The position numbers were made by a program, and so were the translations under genes. Below the pieces are notes generated by a model. The model did no database searches. It was not told the DNA's origin and saw only the letters and a list, made by a program, of their open reading frames with translations. Of a stretch of 64,000 nt of DNA, positions 9,186 to 16,486 are shown piece after piece (position 1 is the stretch's first letter; the number at the start of each line of letters is the position of its first letter). Source of the stretch: a virus; IMG/VR virus record IMGVR_UViG_3300045988_126562, one strand, 5' to 3'.

Positions 9186-11627
9186 ATGGCGATTAATAAG
9201 AAATTAATTCACTTTAAGCTTAAGTCTACTTTCGAGTCAGAACTTGAAGCTGGTAATATCCTAGATACTTCCATAGTATTTATACAGGATGCCAATTTAA
9301 TATGGACTCATGGAACTTACTATTGTTTGCCTAAAGATGAGGTATTAATTTCTGAAGGAATTGAACCTACTGATGGACAAGAAATCTGGATAGACTTATC
9401 AGAAGATTCAACTGTCTTTGCAGTAGAAGAAGCTCCAAAGGATGGAAAACAATATGTAAGAGAAAATGGAAAATGGGTTGAAATTCCAATTACAGATTTA
9501 TCAAACTATCTAGCCAAAGATAATACAGAAGAATATACACCTACTTCTAACTATAACCCCGCTACGAAAAAGTATGTGGATGATAATAAGGGAGTAGAAG
9601 AAGCACCTAATGATGGTAAAGCATATATCAGAAAAAATGAATCTTGGGTAGAACATCAAGAACAAGAAGTATATGTAGGTACTACTGAACCATCAATTGA
9701 TTGCGATATTTGGATTAACCCAGAAGACGGAACCATGAAATATAAAAAGGAAGATGGTTCATGGGAGGAAATAGCTGGAGGAGGTGGAATTGGAGAAATT
9801 ACTGAAACAGTAAAAGTAAGTCTTACTTCCAATCAGTCTAATCCCAATTCAGATCTTACTGGTGTAGAAATTACAGTAGAATGTTCAGGTCTTACTAAAA
9901 AGGCTAATTGGGAAGGATCTGAACTTACTTTTAATATTCCACATTCTACAGAATACACAATTAAAGCAGCAGCTGTAGAAGGATATTCTACTCCAGCTGA
10001 TCAATCATTCACAGCAGTTATGGGAGAAACAAGAAATGTATCTGTAGTGTATAATACCACTATAGTGACTGTAAATAAAGCATGTAACCAAACTTCTGGA
10101 TTGGGAGCATCATGTACTGCTGTGGTAAAGTATGATAACACACAAAAGACGCTAAGTTTTAGTAACGCTGATACTAGCAAAACTATTAAGATCCCAACTG
10201 GTAAAAGTTATACTATAACATTTTCAGCTGTAGAAGGATATAAAACTCCTGAAGTTATTTCACAACAAGCTTCTGGAGCTTCTCAATCAGTTACTGGTAC
10301 TTACAAAGCAGAAGTAGTGACTATAACAGTAACTACTAGTGATAGTACTTCTGCCAATGGACAGAAAGTGACTGTAACAATATCAAGTACTCCTACAGAA
10401 TATACTTGGAATGGAGAAGCTATAGTGCTTAAAGTTCCTTTTGACTCTTCTTATTCTGTAGCAGCTGATCAAAAAGCTAATTACTCTACTCCAGCTACAC
10501 AATCATATACAGCTGATAGGGTAAATAGAGATATTACTCTCAATTATGTGTATGCTCCAGCAATAGGTACTATATTCAAAGATTCAGATGGAGCTAATAC
10601 ATTAGAGCAAAATGGAGGAACTGATACCAGCTGGATTAAAGGTAAAAGATGCTTAGTTAAAAAGACTAGCAGTGGAGTGGCTATTTGTTACTTAGATGAA
10701 AATAATTCAGAATTATTCCATGATGGAACTACTGCTGCCAGTTTGGATGGAAGTATGGGACAATGGATGACAGATGTACCTGAATATTATTTCAATGTAG
10801 ACGAATCTACATCCGGAGTTCATGCTTTACAAGTATCGCAATTCCAGCAAGATGGATGGAAACAATCTAGGAGAGTATTAGTAGGAGTAACTGAAGCTGT
10901 AAATGTTAGCAATAAATTATGGTCTAAAAAGGGAGGACAATCTACTGGAAGTTTAACTTCTGTAGTATTTCATAATTATGCTACAGCATTAGGAAGTGGA
11001 TTCGACATTATTGATTATGAAACTCACTGCAAAATAGCTCATTTATTCTATGCTAAATATGCTAACAGGAATCCACAAGAAATGAGTCAATTCGGATATG
11101 GAGAAAATTCATATATCAGAACTATTGGTACTACATCCTCATTAGGTAATAATGATGGAAAAACTTCTACTCAAATTAGTTTCTTAGGTATAGAAGATTT
11201 CTACGGAGGTAAGTATGAATGGATGAGTGGAATACATTCTAATGGCTCTATTTACTATATTTACGATGGATTTGAACCAGATGCAGTTCCTACCGCTAGT
11301 TATCGTACAGTAGATATAGGTGGGTCAGCTAGAAGTGGATATATAAGTAAAGTATATTGGGGCGAACATGGGGATATGATTCCTACAGAAGTAAGTGCTT
11401 CCTCTACTACACATTACTGTGACTGGGGCATTGTGGCTCGTTCTGGTTGGCGTGTTGCTAGGCGCTCTAATAGTTCTACCTATGATAATGGCGGCGTCGC
11501 TTATTTCTATGCTGCTAGTGATTCTGGCGGTTCTGATGCCGCTATCGGCTCTCGCATCCAATATAGAGGGTCTATACAAGTTATAGAAGATCCTGTTGAA
11601 TTTAAATCATTACCAGTAGGATTTTAA
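9186..11627 (+). CDS. DGR target protein: tail fibre / receptor-binding protein with a C-terminal variable region
   Basis: I prefer the ATG at 9186, because the track's TTG start at 9144 lies inside the terminator palindrome. Fibre-like N-terminus. Three ~85-aa beta-sandwich-like repeats (..AVEGYSTPADQSF.., ..AVEGYKTPEVISQ.., ..QKANYSTPATQSY..). The last ~70 codons contain the VR that matches the downstream TR. Confidence 0.85.
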   Translation: MAINKKLIHFKLKSTFESELEAGNILDTSIVFIQDANLIWTHGTYYCLPKDEVLISEGIEPTDGQEIWIDLSEDSTVFAVEEAPKDGKQYVRENGKWVEIPITDLSNYLAKDNTEEYTPTSNYNPATKKYVDDNKGVEEAPNDGKAYIRKNESWVEHQEQEVYVGTTEPSIDCDIWINPEDGTMKYKKEDGSWEEIAGGGGIGEITETVKVSLTSNQSNPNSDLTGVEITVECSGLTKKANWEGSELTFNIPHSTEYTIKAAAVEGYSTPADQSFTAVMGETRNVSVVYNTTIVTVNKACNQTSGLGASCTAVVKYDNTQKTLSFSNADTSKTIKIPTGKSYTITFSAVEGYKTPEVISQQASGASQSVTGTYKAEVVTITVTTSDSTSANGQKVTVTISSTPTEYTWNGEAIVLKVPFDSSYSVAADQKANYSTPATQSYTADRVNRDITLNYVYAPAIGTIFKDSDGANTLEQNGGTDTSWIKGKRCLVKKTSSGVAICYLDENNSELFHDGTTAASLDGSMGQWMTDVPEYYFNVDESTSGVHALQVSQFQQDGWKQSRRVLVGVTEAVNVSNKLWSKKGGQSTGSLTSVVFHNYATALGSGFDIIDYETHCKIAHLFYAKYANRNPQEMSQFGYGENSYIRTIGTTSSLGNNDGKTSTQISFLGIEDFYGGKYEWMSGIHSNGSIYYIYDGFEPDAVPTASYRTVDIGGSARSGYISKVYWGEHGDMIPTEVSASSTTHYCDWGIVARSGWRVARRSNSSTYDNGGVAYFYAASDSGGSDAAIGSRIQYRGSIQVIEDPVEFKSLPVGF
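11421..11557 (+). repeat. DGR variable repeat (VR)
   Basis: Aligns to 11688-11824 at a constant offset of 267 nt with no indels. In the part I counted (VR 11424-11557 vs TR 11691-11824, 134 positions) about 29 of 31 mismatches fall where the TR has A. Encodes WGIVARSGWRVARRSNSSTYDNGGVAYFYAASDSGGSDAAIGSR. Confidence 0.85.
11562..11576 (+). promoter_or_regulatory. short hairpin immediately 3' of the VR (candidate DGR target-recognition hairpin)
   Basis: tataga-ggg-tctata forms a 6-bp stem with a 3-nt loop. It begins 5 nt after VR/TR homology ends. Confidence 0.4.
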
Positions 11628-11687
11628 ATAAATAGATTAACAGGTCTGCCCGAAGCTAATGTAGGTAACATCCTCTGTTAAAATAAA

Positions 11688-11824
11688 AAACAGAGCAATG
11701 TAGCTAATTCTAGTTGGCATGTTACTATACGCTCTAATAATTCTACCAATGATAATAGCAGCGTCACTTATTTCAATGCTAATAATGATTCTAGCAATTC
11801 TAATACCAATATCAGCTCTCACAA
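11688..11824 (+). repeat. DGR template repeat (TR), non-coding
   Basis: Lies in the 326-nt gap between the target stop (11627) and the RT start. Read in the VR frame it is rich in AAT/AGC/ACT codons (..SNVANSSWHVTIRSNNSTNDNSSVTYFNANNDSSNSNTNISSH..). The 5' boundary is uncertain and may extend to about 11681 through an A-run. Confidence 0.85.
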
Positions 11825-11953
11825 TATTGTTCATTTTTTTTTCACTTTGTATTTTAGTAGGGCTGCACCTTGCCTCTTGGCAAAAGATAGAATGCATTTT
11901 TTAAAAAGTATGGTAGCTGATTAGCGAAGTGCTTTATTGCAACAATAGTGCTT

Positions 11954-13183
11954 ATGAAAAGAATAAATGGTTTATTTGATAAAATATGTACAGAAGAAAA
12001 TATACTCTTAGCTTACAGAAATGCTACTAGAGGTAAGAAACACTACAAAGATGTAATAGCTTTCAATAAAGATTTAAAAAATAATTTGAAAACTCTTCTA
12101 ATAGAGTTAAAAACACTAACTTATAGAACATCTCCATACTATATATTTAATCTAAAGACTGGAGGCAAAGTTAGAGAAATTTATAAACTTCCCATAAGAG
12201 ATAGAATAGCACAACATGCTCTTATGAATTATATGGAACCAATATTTAGAAAATCTTTTATAGTAGACACATATTCATCTACTAAAGAAAGAGGAATCCA
12301 TATGGGATTAAGGAGGTTAACTAAGGCATTAAAGGATAAAAAAAATACTGTATACTGTTTAAAATTAGATATACATAAATTTTATCCTTCCATTAATCAA
12401 GAACTTATGAAAGCTGCACTAGCCCGTAAGTTTAAAGATAAAAGACTTTTGATAATACTAGAAGAAATAATAGACTCCACTGATAAAGGAGTCCCTATTG
12501 GAAATTATACTTCTCAATATTTTGCTAATTTCTTTTTAACTCCAATGGATCACTGGATAAAAGAAGTTCTAAGAGTTAAATACTATTTTAGATATTGTGG
12601 TGATATAGTTATATTAGGTCCAACAAAAGAATATCTATGGAACATATTTCATAAGATACAGGACTATTTAAAGGATATACAATTAGAATTGAAACCAAAC
12701 TGGCAGGTATTTCCAGTAGAATCTAGAAGTGTAGACTTTTTAGGATACAAATCTAGGCATGAATATATACTTGTTAGAAAATATATCAAAAAGAACTTTA
12801 TTAATAAACTAAGACAGAGCAATACATTTGAATCCAAAAGAAATATTTTAGGCTCATATTGGGGGATTTTTTGTCATGCAAACTGTCGTAATCTATGGAG
12901 AACATATACCGGAATGAGAACCTTCAAGGATTTAGGAATTGAAGTTAAAACCCGTGTTAGAGTACCTGACATAGTAGATAAGATTATAATAATTAATAGC
13001 ATGAAAGTCAAGTTTAAAAGAGGTAATAAATGTGTTGATATTTCAGCTACTTATGAAGATAGAGAGATTAAGTTTACTACATTTGCTGAAATGATTATTG
13101 AAGCAGCTGAGCAGATTAGTAACTCAGATTTACCTTTTGAAACTAAGATAATATCAGAAAATGGATTTTACAAATTTGAATAA
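11954..13183 (+). CDS. DGR-type reverse transcriptase
   Basis: RT motifs are present: LKLDIHKFYPSI (motif A); PIGNYTSQYFANFFL (the DGR-specific GxxxSQ motif B); FRYCGDIVILG (motif C, non-canonical YCGD); LELKPNWQVFPV..VDFLGY (motifs D/E). I prefer the ATG at 11954 over the track's GTG at 11948. Confidence 0.9.
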   Translation: MKRINGLFDKICTEENILLAYRNATRGKKHYKDVIAFNKDLKNNLKTLLIELKTLTYRTSPYYIFNLKTGGKVREIYKLPIRDRIAQHALMNYMEPIFRKSFIVDTYSSTKERGIHMGLRRLTKALKDKKNTVYCLKLDIHKFYPSINQELMKAALARKFKDKRLLIILEEIIDSTDKGVPIGNYTSQYFANFFLTPMDHWIKEVLRVKYYFRYCGDIVILGPTKEYLWNIFHKIQDYLKDIQLELKPNWQVFPVESRSVDFLGYKSRHEYILVRKYIKKNFINKLRQSNTFESKRNILGSYWGIFCHANCRNLWRTYTGMRTFKDLGIEVKTRVRVPDIVDKIIIINSMKVKFKRGNKCVDISATYEDREIKFTTFAEMIIEAAEQISNSDLPFETKIISENGFYKFE

Positions 13184-13184
13184 C

Positions 13185-14156
13185 ATGAGAATATTAAAAG
13201 CAAGTAGCACTTTAAAACCTCAACTGCTTGAATACATTGGTTCTGGTTCTTGGAGAGTTAGATGGAATATATCTAAAGAACAAAAGGAAGAAGCAGAATT
13301 ATATGAGTATGTAGAAGCAGAATTAGGATATAAAGCTGCTATTGAAGAATTAAAAACCATAGTAGTAAACTGGGTAAGAGATAACTTCCAACCTAATTCT
13401 TTTTATATAGATGGACATAAGTATTGGGCATCTGATGCAGAAAGAGCAACTATTAAGTCTCAATGCGAGTCTGATGCAGAAAATTCTACTATTTCTCTTA
13501 CTTGTGATGATTCTATAATTACTTTAAAAGCTCAGTCAGTATTACGAGTAATGATGATGATAGATAATTATAGTATCAAATATAAAAAAGTAGTAGAAAC
13601 TTTAGTAAACGAAATTAATCAATGTTCTACTATAGAAGAAATAAATGAGTTGAATTTTAAATTAGAATTGCCAGAAGAAGTTCATACTACTCAGGTGGAA
13701 TTAGGAAGATTAACAAGTAACAGACAAAAAAACTCTAAAGAGAATCAAGCTATACTATTTGCTAAAATGACTATAAATGCAACTCCACTCACTGATAACC
13801 AAGCTATTAGTGTAAAGAACTTGCACCCTGAGTGGAAGGAATTTATAGGTAAATCTTTATCTACTGGATTTAGAGTTTTGCATGAAGATGCTTTATACAA
13901 AGTAAGGCAAGATATTAGTGTAGTGTTAGAAAATCAACCCCCATCTATAGATACTGCTGCATTGTATGAAGAAATTAATGAAACTCATGATGGGACAAAG
14001 ACAGACCCAATACCATACAACAACAATATGGCTTTAGAATTAGGAAAATATTACATCCAAGATGATATTATATATATGTGTACTAGAGATACAGGTCAAG
14101 CAGTCTATCAAGATTTATCTGACTTAGTAGGAATTTATGTACAAATAGCAGAATAA
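13185..14156 (+). CDS. hypothetical protein, paralogue 1 (shared C-terminal ~125-aa domain, possibly carbohydrate-binding)
   Basis: ATG at 13185 lies 1 nt after the RT stop; an alternative ATG at 13161 overlaps the RT. The C-terminal region FAKMTINATPLTDNQAISVKNLHPEWKEFIG...LVGIYVQIAE is closely similar to the next gene. The W..F.G..V.....LYKV.Q...PS pattern loosely resembles CBM5/12-type modules. Confidence 0.55.
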   Translation: MRILKASSTLKPQLLEYIGSGSWRVRWNISKEQKEEAELYEYVEAELGYKAAIEELKTIVVNWVRDNFQPNSFYIDGHKYWASDAERATIKSQCESDAENSTISLTCDDSIITLKAQSVLRVMMMIDNYSIKYKKVVETLVNEINQCSTIEEINELNFKLELPEEVHTTQVELGRLTSNRQKNSKENQAILFAKMTINATPLTDNQAISVKNLHPEWKEFIGKSLSTGFRVLHEDALYKVRQDISVVLENQPPSIDTAALYEEINETHDGTKTDPIPYNNNMALELGKYYIQDDIIYMCTRDTGQAVYQDLSDLVGIYVQIAE

Positions 14157-14159
14157 AAT

Positions 14160-14717
14160 ATGGCAGTAATTAAATATAAAAATCCGAAATACACAGAGGG
14201 TGGTTCAGAACCTAAGTATATAGTTATTCCTACATTAACTATGGAAAATAATGGATTGACTAAATATAAAAATGGAGAATCCTGGGAAGATTTGGTTCCA
14301 GAAATGCAATTAATGTCATTTGCTAAAATGGCTGTAAATACTATGAGCCTTACAGATGAACAGGCTTTAAGTGTTAAATTACTTCATCCAGAATGGGAAG
14401 AATTCATAGGAGGATCTCTATCAGCAGGAGAAAGGGTTATGTATGATGATAAGCTATACAAAGTAAAACAAGAGATAAACCCAGTACTAGAAAATCAGCC
14501 TCCATCTATAGAGACAGCAGCTCTATACGAAGAGATAAATGAAAAACATGCTGGTACTAAAGAAGATCCAATTCCATTCAATAATAATATGGAATTAGAA
14601 CTTGGTAAGTACTATTCTCAAAATGGAGTAACTTATATGTGTTTCAGAGATTCACAACAACCAGTTTATCAGAATTTAGCTGATTTAGTTGGAATCTATG
14701 TACAAATAGCTGAGTAA
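14160..14717 (+). CDS. hypothetical protein, paralogue 2 (same C-terminal domain)
   Basis: FAKMAVNTMSLTDEQALSVKLLHPEWEEFIG...LVGIYVQIAE. Its last six residues (YVQIAE) are identical to those of the upstream gene. Confidence 0.6.
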   Translation: MAVIKYKNPKYTEGGSEPKYIVIPTLTMENNGLTKYKNGESWEDLVPEMQLMSFAKMAVNTMSLTDEQALSVKLLHPEWEEFIGGSLSAGERVMYDDKLYKVKQEINPVLENQPPSIETAALYEEINEKHAGTKEDPIPFNNNMELELGKYYSQNGVTYMCFRDSQQPVYQNLADLVGIYVQIAE

Positions 14718-14723
14718 TAATAG

Positions 14724-14767
14724 AAAGATAGCTGTACGAGTATAACCTTGTATGGCTATCTTTTTTA
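14724..14767 (+). terminator. rho-independent terminator
   Basis: aaagatagc (14724-14732) pairs with gctatcttt (14755-14763). An inner stem tacgag/cttgta contains one G-U pair. The hairpin runs into a T6 tract. Confidence 0.7.
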
Positions 14768-14779
14768 GTTTTAATAATT

Positions 14780-15520
14780 ATGTTGAGAAAAAGAACTTTA
14801 TGAAATAAAAAGAAATCTACATATACAGTATATTCCAATTGTAATGGAGGTTCTGTATATTTTAATAATAATTTAGTAGGTACTATATCTTCTGGCAAAT
14901 TGATAGTGGAATTATCTGGAGCAGATTCATATACAGTGAAGATAGAGGGAGGGGTCCCAAGTACGTCAACTAGTACTTCTGAATCTACTGATTCTGGCAG
15001 TGATACTAGTAATGAATATTCTCCCTCTGGAGAACTAAGAGGAGGAGGAACATTTTGGCCATCAGAAGGCACTCTGGCAATACAGGCATCAGCATCTCTT
15101 ACAGTTATGAGAAATACTTATACTCAACCATATACAAGACCAAAATATACTAGTTATCAAACTACTTATTCTGCTCCTGGAACTGGAAATATAGATGCTA
15201 ATGGTTCTGTTACTTTAAATTATACGAGTAGAACTACTGAAACAGGAGTTACATATGGAGATAAAACTTTACAATCTAGTACTGATGTTACCCCTAAAAG
15301 TGGATCTACCTCTACTGGATGGGTAATATACGAAGGATATAGATGGGATAGAACTAATACAGCACAATCAGTAGGAGATATATCACTCATTGATCACAGT
15401 GTTACTGGATTCACTAAAGGAAGTACAGCTTCTGGAGTTGATAGATCATACATATTACTAAATTATACTACTACAGATAATGGTTATAATGGATCTTTAT
15501 CAGTATTTTTTAACCTATGA
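14780..15520 (+). CDS. fibre-cassette member A, interrupted by an in-frame TGA at codon 8 (possible pseudogene, readthrough or truncated product)
   Basis: ATG at 14780 gives MLRKRTL, then TGA (14801-14803). The same frame continues open as NKKKSTYTVYSNCNGGSVYFNNNLVGTISSGKL into the track ORF 14900..15520, which starts at a TTG. The region upstream of 14900 aligns with the N-terminus of the 17335 gene. Confidence 0.5.
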
Positions 15521-15536
15521 TGAAAATATTTAATTC

Positions 15537-15546
15537 GGGGGGGGGG
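15537..15546 (+). repeat. intergenic G10 homopolymer
   Basis: Counted directly: cGGGGGGGGGGc. It lies 40 nt upstream of the ATG at 15586 and is followed by cttacaatCCC. Confidence 0.95.
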
Positions 15547-15572
15547 CTTACAATCCCTTAATTGTAAAGATA

Positions 15573-15580
15573 AAGGAGGT
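15573..15580 (+). promoter_or_regulatory. canonical Shine-Dalgarno (AAGGAGGT)
   Basis: aaggaggt lies 5 nt upstream of the ATG at 15586. Confidence 0.7.
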
Positions 15581-15585
15581 GAATC

Positions 15586-16425
15586 ATGAGAAGAAGAACT
15601 CTTGGGTCTAAGAAATTAGTAGATAAAGAGATAAGATTTACCTCATCTACTAGTTGGACTATACCAGCTGGATGTAAATCAATAGATATATTTTTAGTAG
15701 GCGGTGGAGGAGCCGGGGGAAATTGGGTAACTTGGGGCTATACTTCAGGAGGACCTGGAAGTGGAGGTGGAACTAACACAGTCAAAAACATCTCTGTAAT
15801 ATCGGGTCAGTCAGTTTCTATTTCTATTGGAGCAGGAGGATCTTCTGTAAGTTCCGATGGATCTCCCTCTACCTTAACAGTTAATAATAACACATATACT
15901 GCTCCAGGAGGAAATGGAGGACCTCAATCTAGAAACGGATTACCTAATGATGATCCATACAATTATTGTTATGTAACGTGTGCAGCTAGTCCAGCTAACA
16001 ACGGAATATATAGAAACTCAGGGATAATAGGAGTGGGTAAAAATGATGGTACTACTATAGAATATGTAAAAGATGACAGAAATGTAGAGTTAGACTCTTA
16101 TGATAGGTCTATTTATGGTACAAATTCTAGTACTACTGGAGACAATCCTTATCGCTATAGAACTGGTGTACCAGAATTTTGGGAGGATGATAAACCTCTT
16201 CATGCAGCCGGAGGTTCTAATAGTCAATCTTTACAAATAATATCTGATTTCACAGAAGGATCTGGAGAAACTGTTACTAGACATTACAATAGTGGTGATA
16301 ATGGTATCCAACGTGGCGGAGGAGGATATGGAGGTGGGGGAGCAGGAGTAACATATAGCTCTTCCAAATCATTTAGTTCTGGAGGTAGTGGTATAGTAAT
16401 AATACGATATAAAGCTTATGAATAA
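15586..16425 (+). CDS. fibre-cassette member B: glycine-rich domain protein
   Basis: N-terminus MRRRTLGSKKL. The layout ..WTIPAGCKSIDIFLVGGGGAGG.. followed by GG-rich blocks and ending GGSGIVIIRYKAYE matches the phage/bacterial glycine-rich domain family. Confidence 0.75.
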   Translation: MRRRTLGSKKLVDKEIRFTSSTSWTIPAGCKSIDIFLVGGGGAGGNWVTWGYTSGGPGSGGGTNTVKNISVISGQSVSISIGAGGSSVSSDGSPSTLTVNNNTYTAPGGNGGPQSRNGLPNDDPYNYCYVTCAASPANNGIYRNSGIIGVGKNDGTTIEYVKDDRNVELDSYDRSIYGTNSSTTGDNPYRYRTGVPEFWEDDKPLHAAGGSNSQSLQIISDFTEGSGETVTRHYNSGDNGIQRGGGGYGGGGAGVTYSSSKSFSSGGSGIVIIRYKAYE

Positions 16426-16434
16426 TTTAATTTT

Positions 16435-16442
16435 GGGGGGGG
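16435..16442 (+). repeat. intergenic G8 homopolymer
   Basis: ttttGGGGGGGGact, followed by actacttCCC. It lies 45 nt upstream of the ATG at 16487. Confidence 0.95.
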
Positions 16443-16474
16443 ACTACTTCCCTAATTACTGACATACTTACCGA

Positions 16475-16482
16475 AAGGAGGT
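16475..16482 (+). promoter_or_regulatory. canonical Shine-Dalgarno (AAGGAGGT)
   Basis: aaggaggt lies 4 nt upstream of the ATG at 16487. Confidence 0.7.
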
Positions 16483-16486
16483 TAGT

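Larger units (their letters stand above)
9186..13183 (+). mobile_element. diversity-generating retroelement cassette (target-VR, TR, RT)
   Basis: The order target/VR - TR - RT, adenine-biased VR/TR mismatches and the GxxxSQ RT together define a DGR. Confidence 0.85.

Noticed and set aside
11325-11904. Four small ORFs across the VR and TR: 11325..11579 (-), 11395..11586 (+), 11637..11897 (-), 11719..11904 (+).
   Set aside because: Their mutual similarity only reflects the VR/TR nucleotide repeat. They lie inside the target gene's 3' end or inside the non-coding TR, so they are not genes and not Avd candidates.
13185-14717. The possibility that the two genes downstream of the RT are additional DGR targets or Avd.
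   Set aside because: Their shared C-terminal module has no nucleotide similarity to the TR that I could find. At 323 and 185 aa, with no obvious four-helix-bundle character, they do not fit Avd.
14644-15072. Minus-strand 142-aa ORF spanning the terminator and the start of cassette member A.
   Set aside because: It runs antisense through a rho-independent terminator and through coding sequence. It has no start context and an implausible composition.
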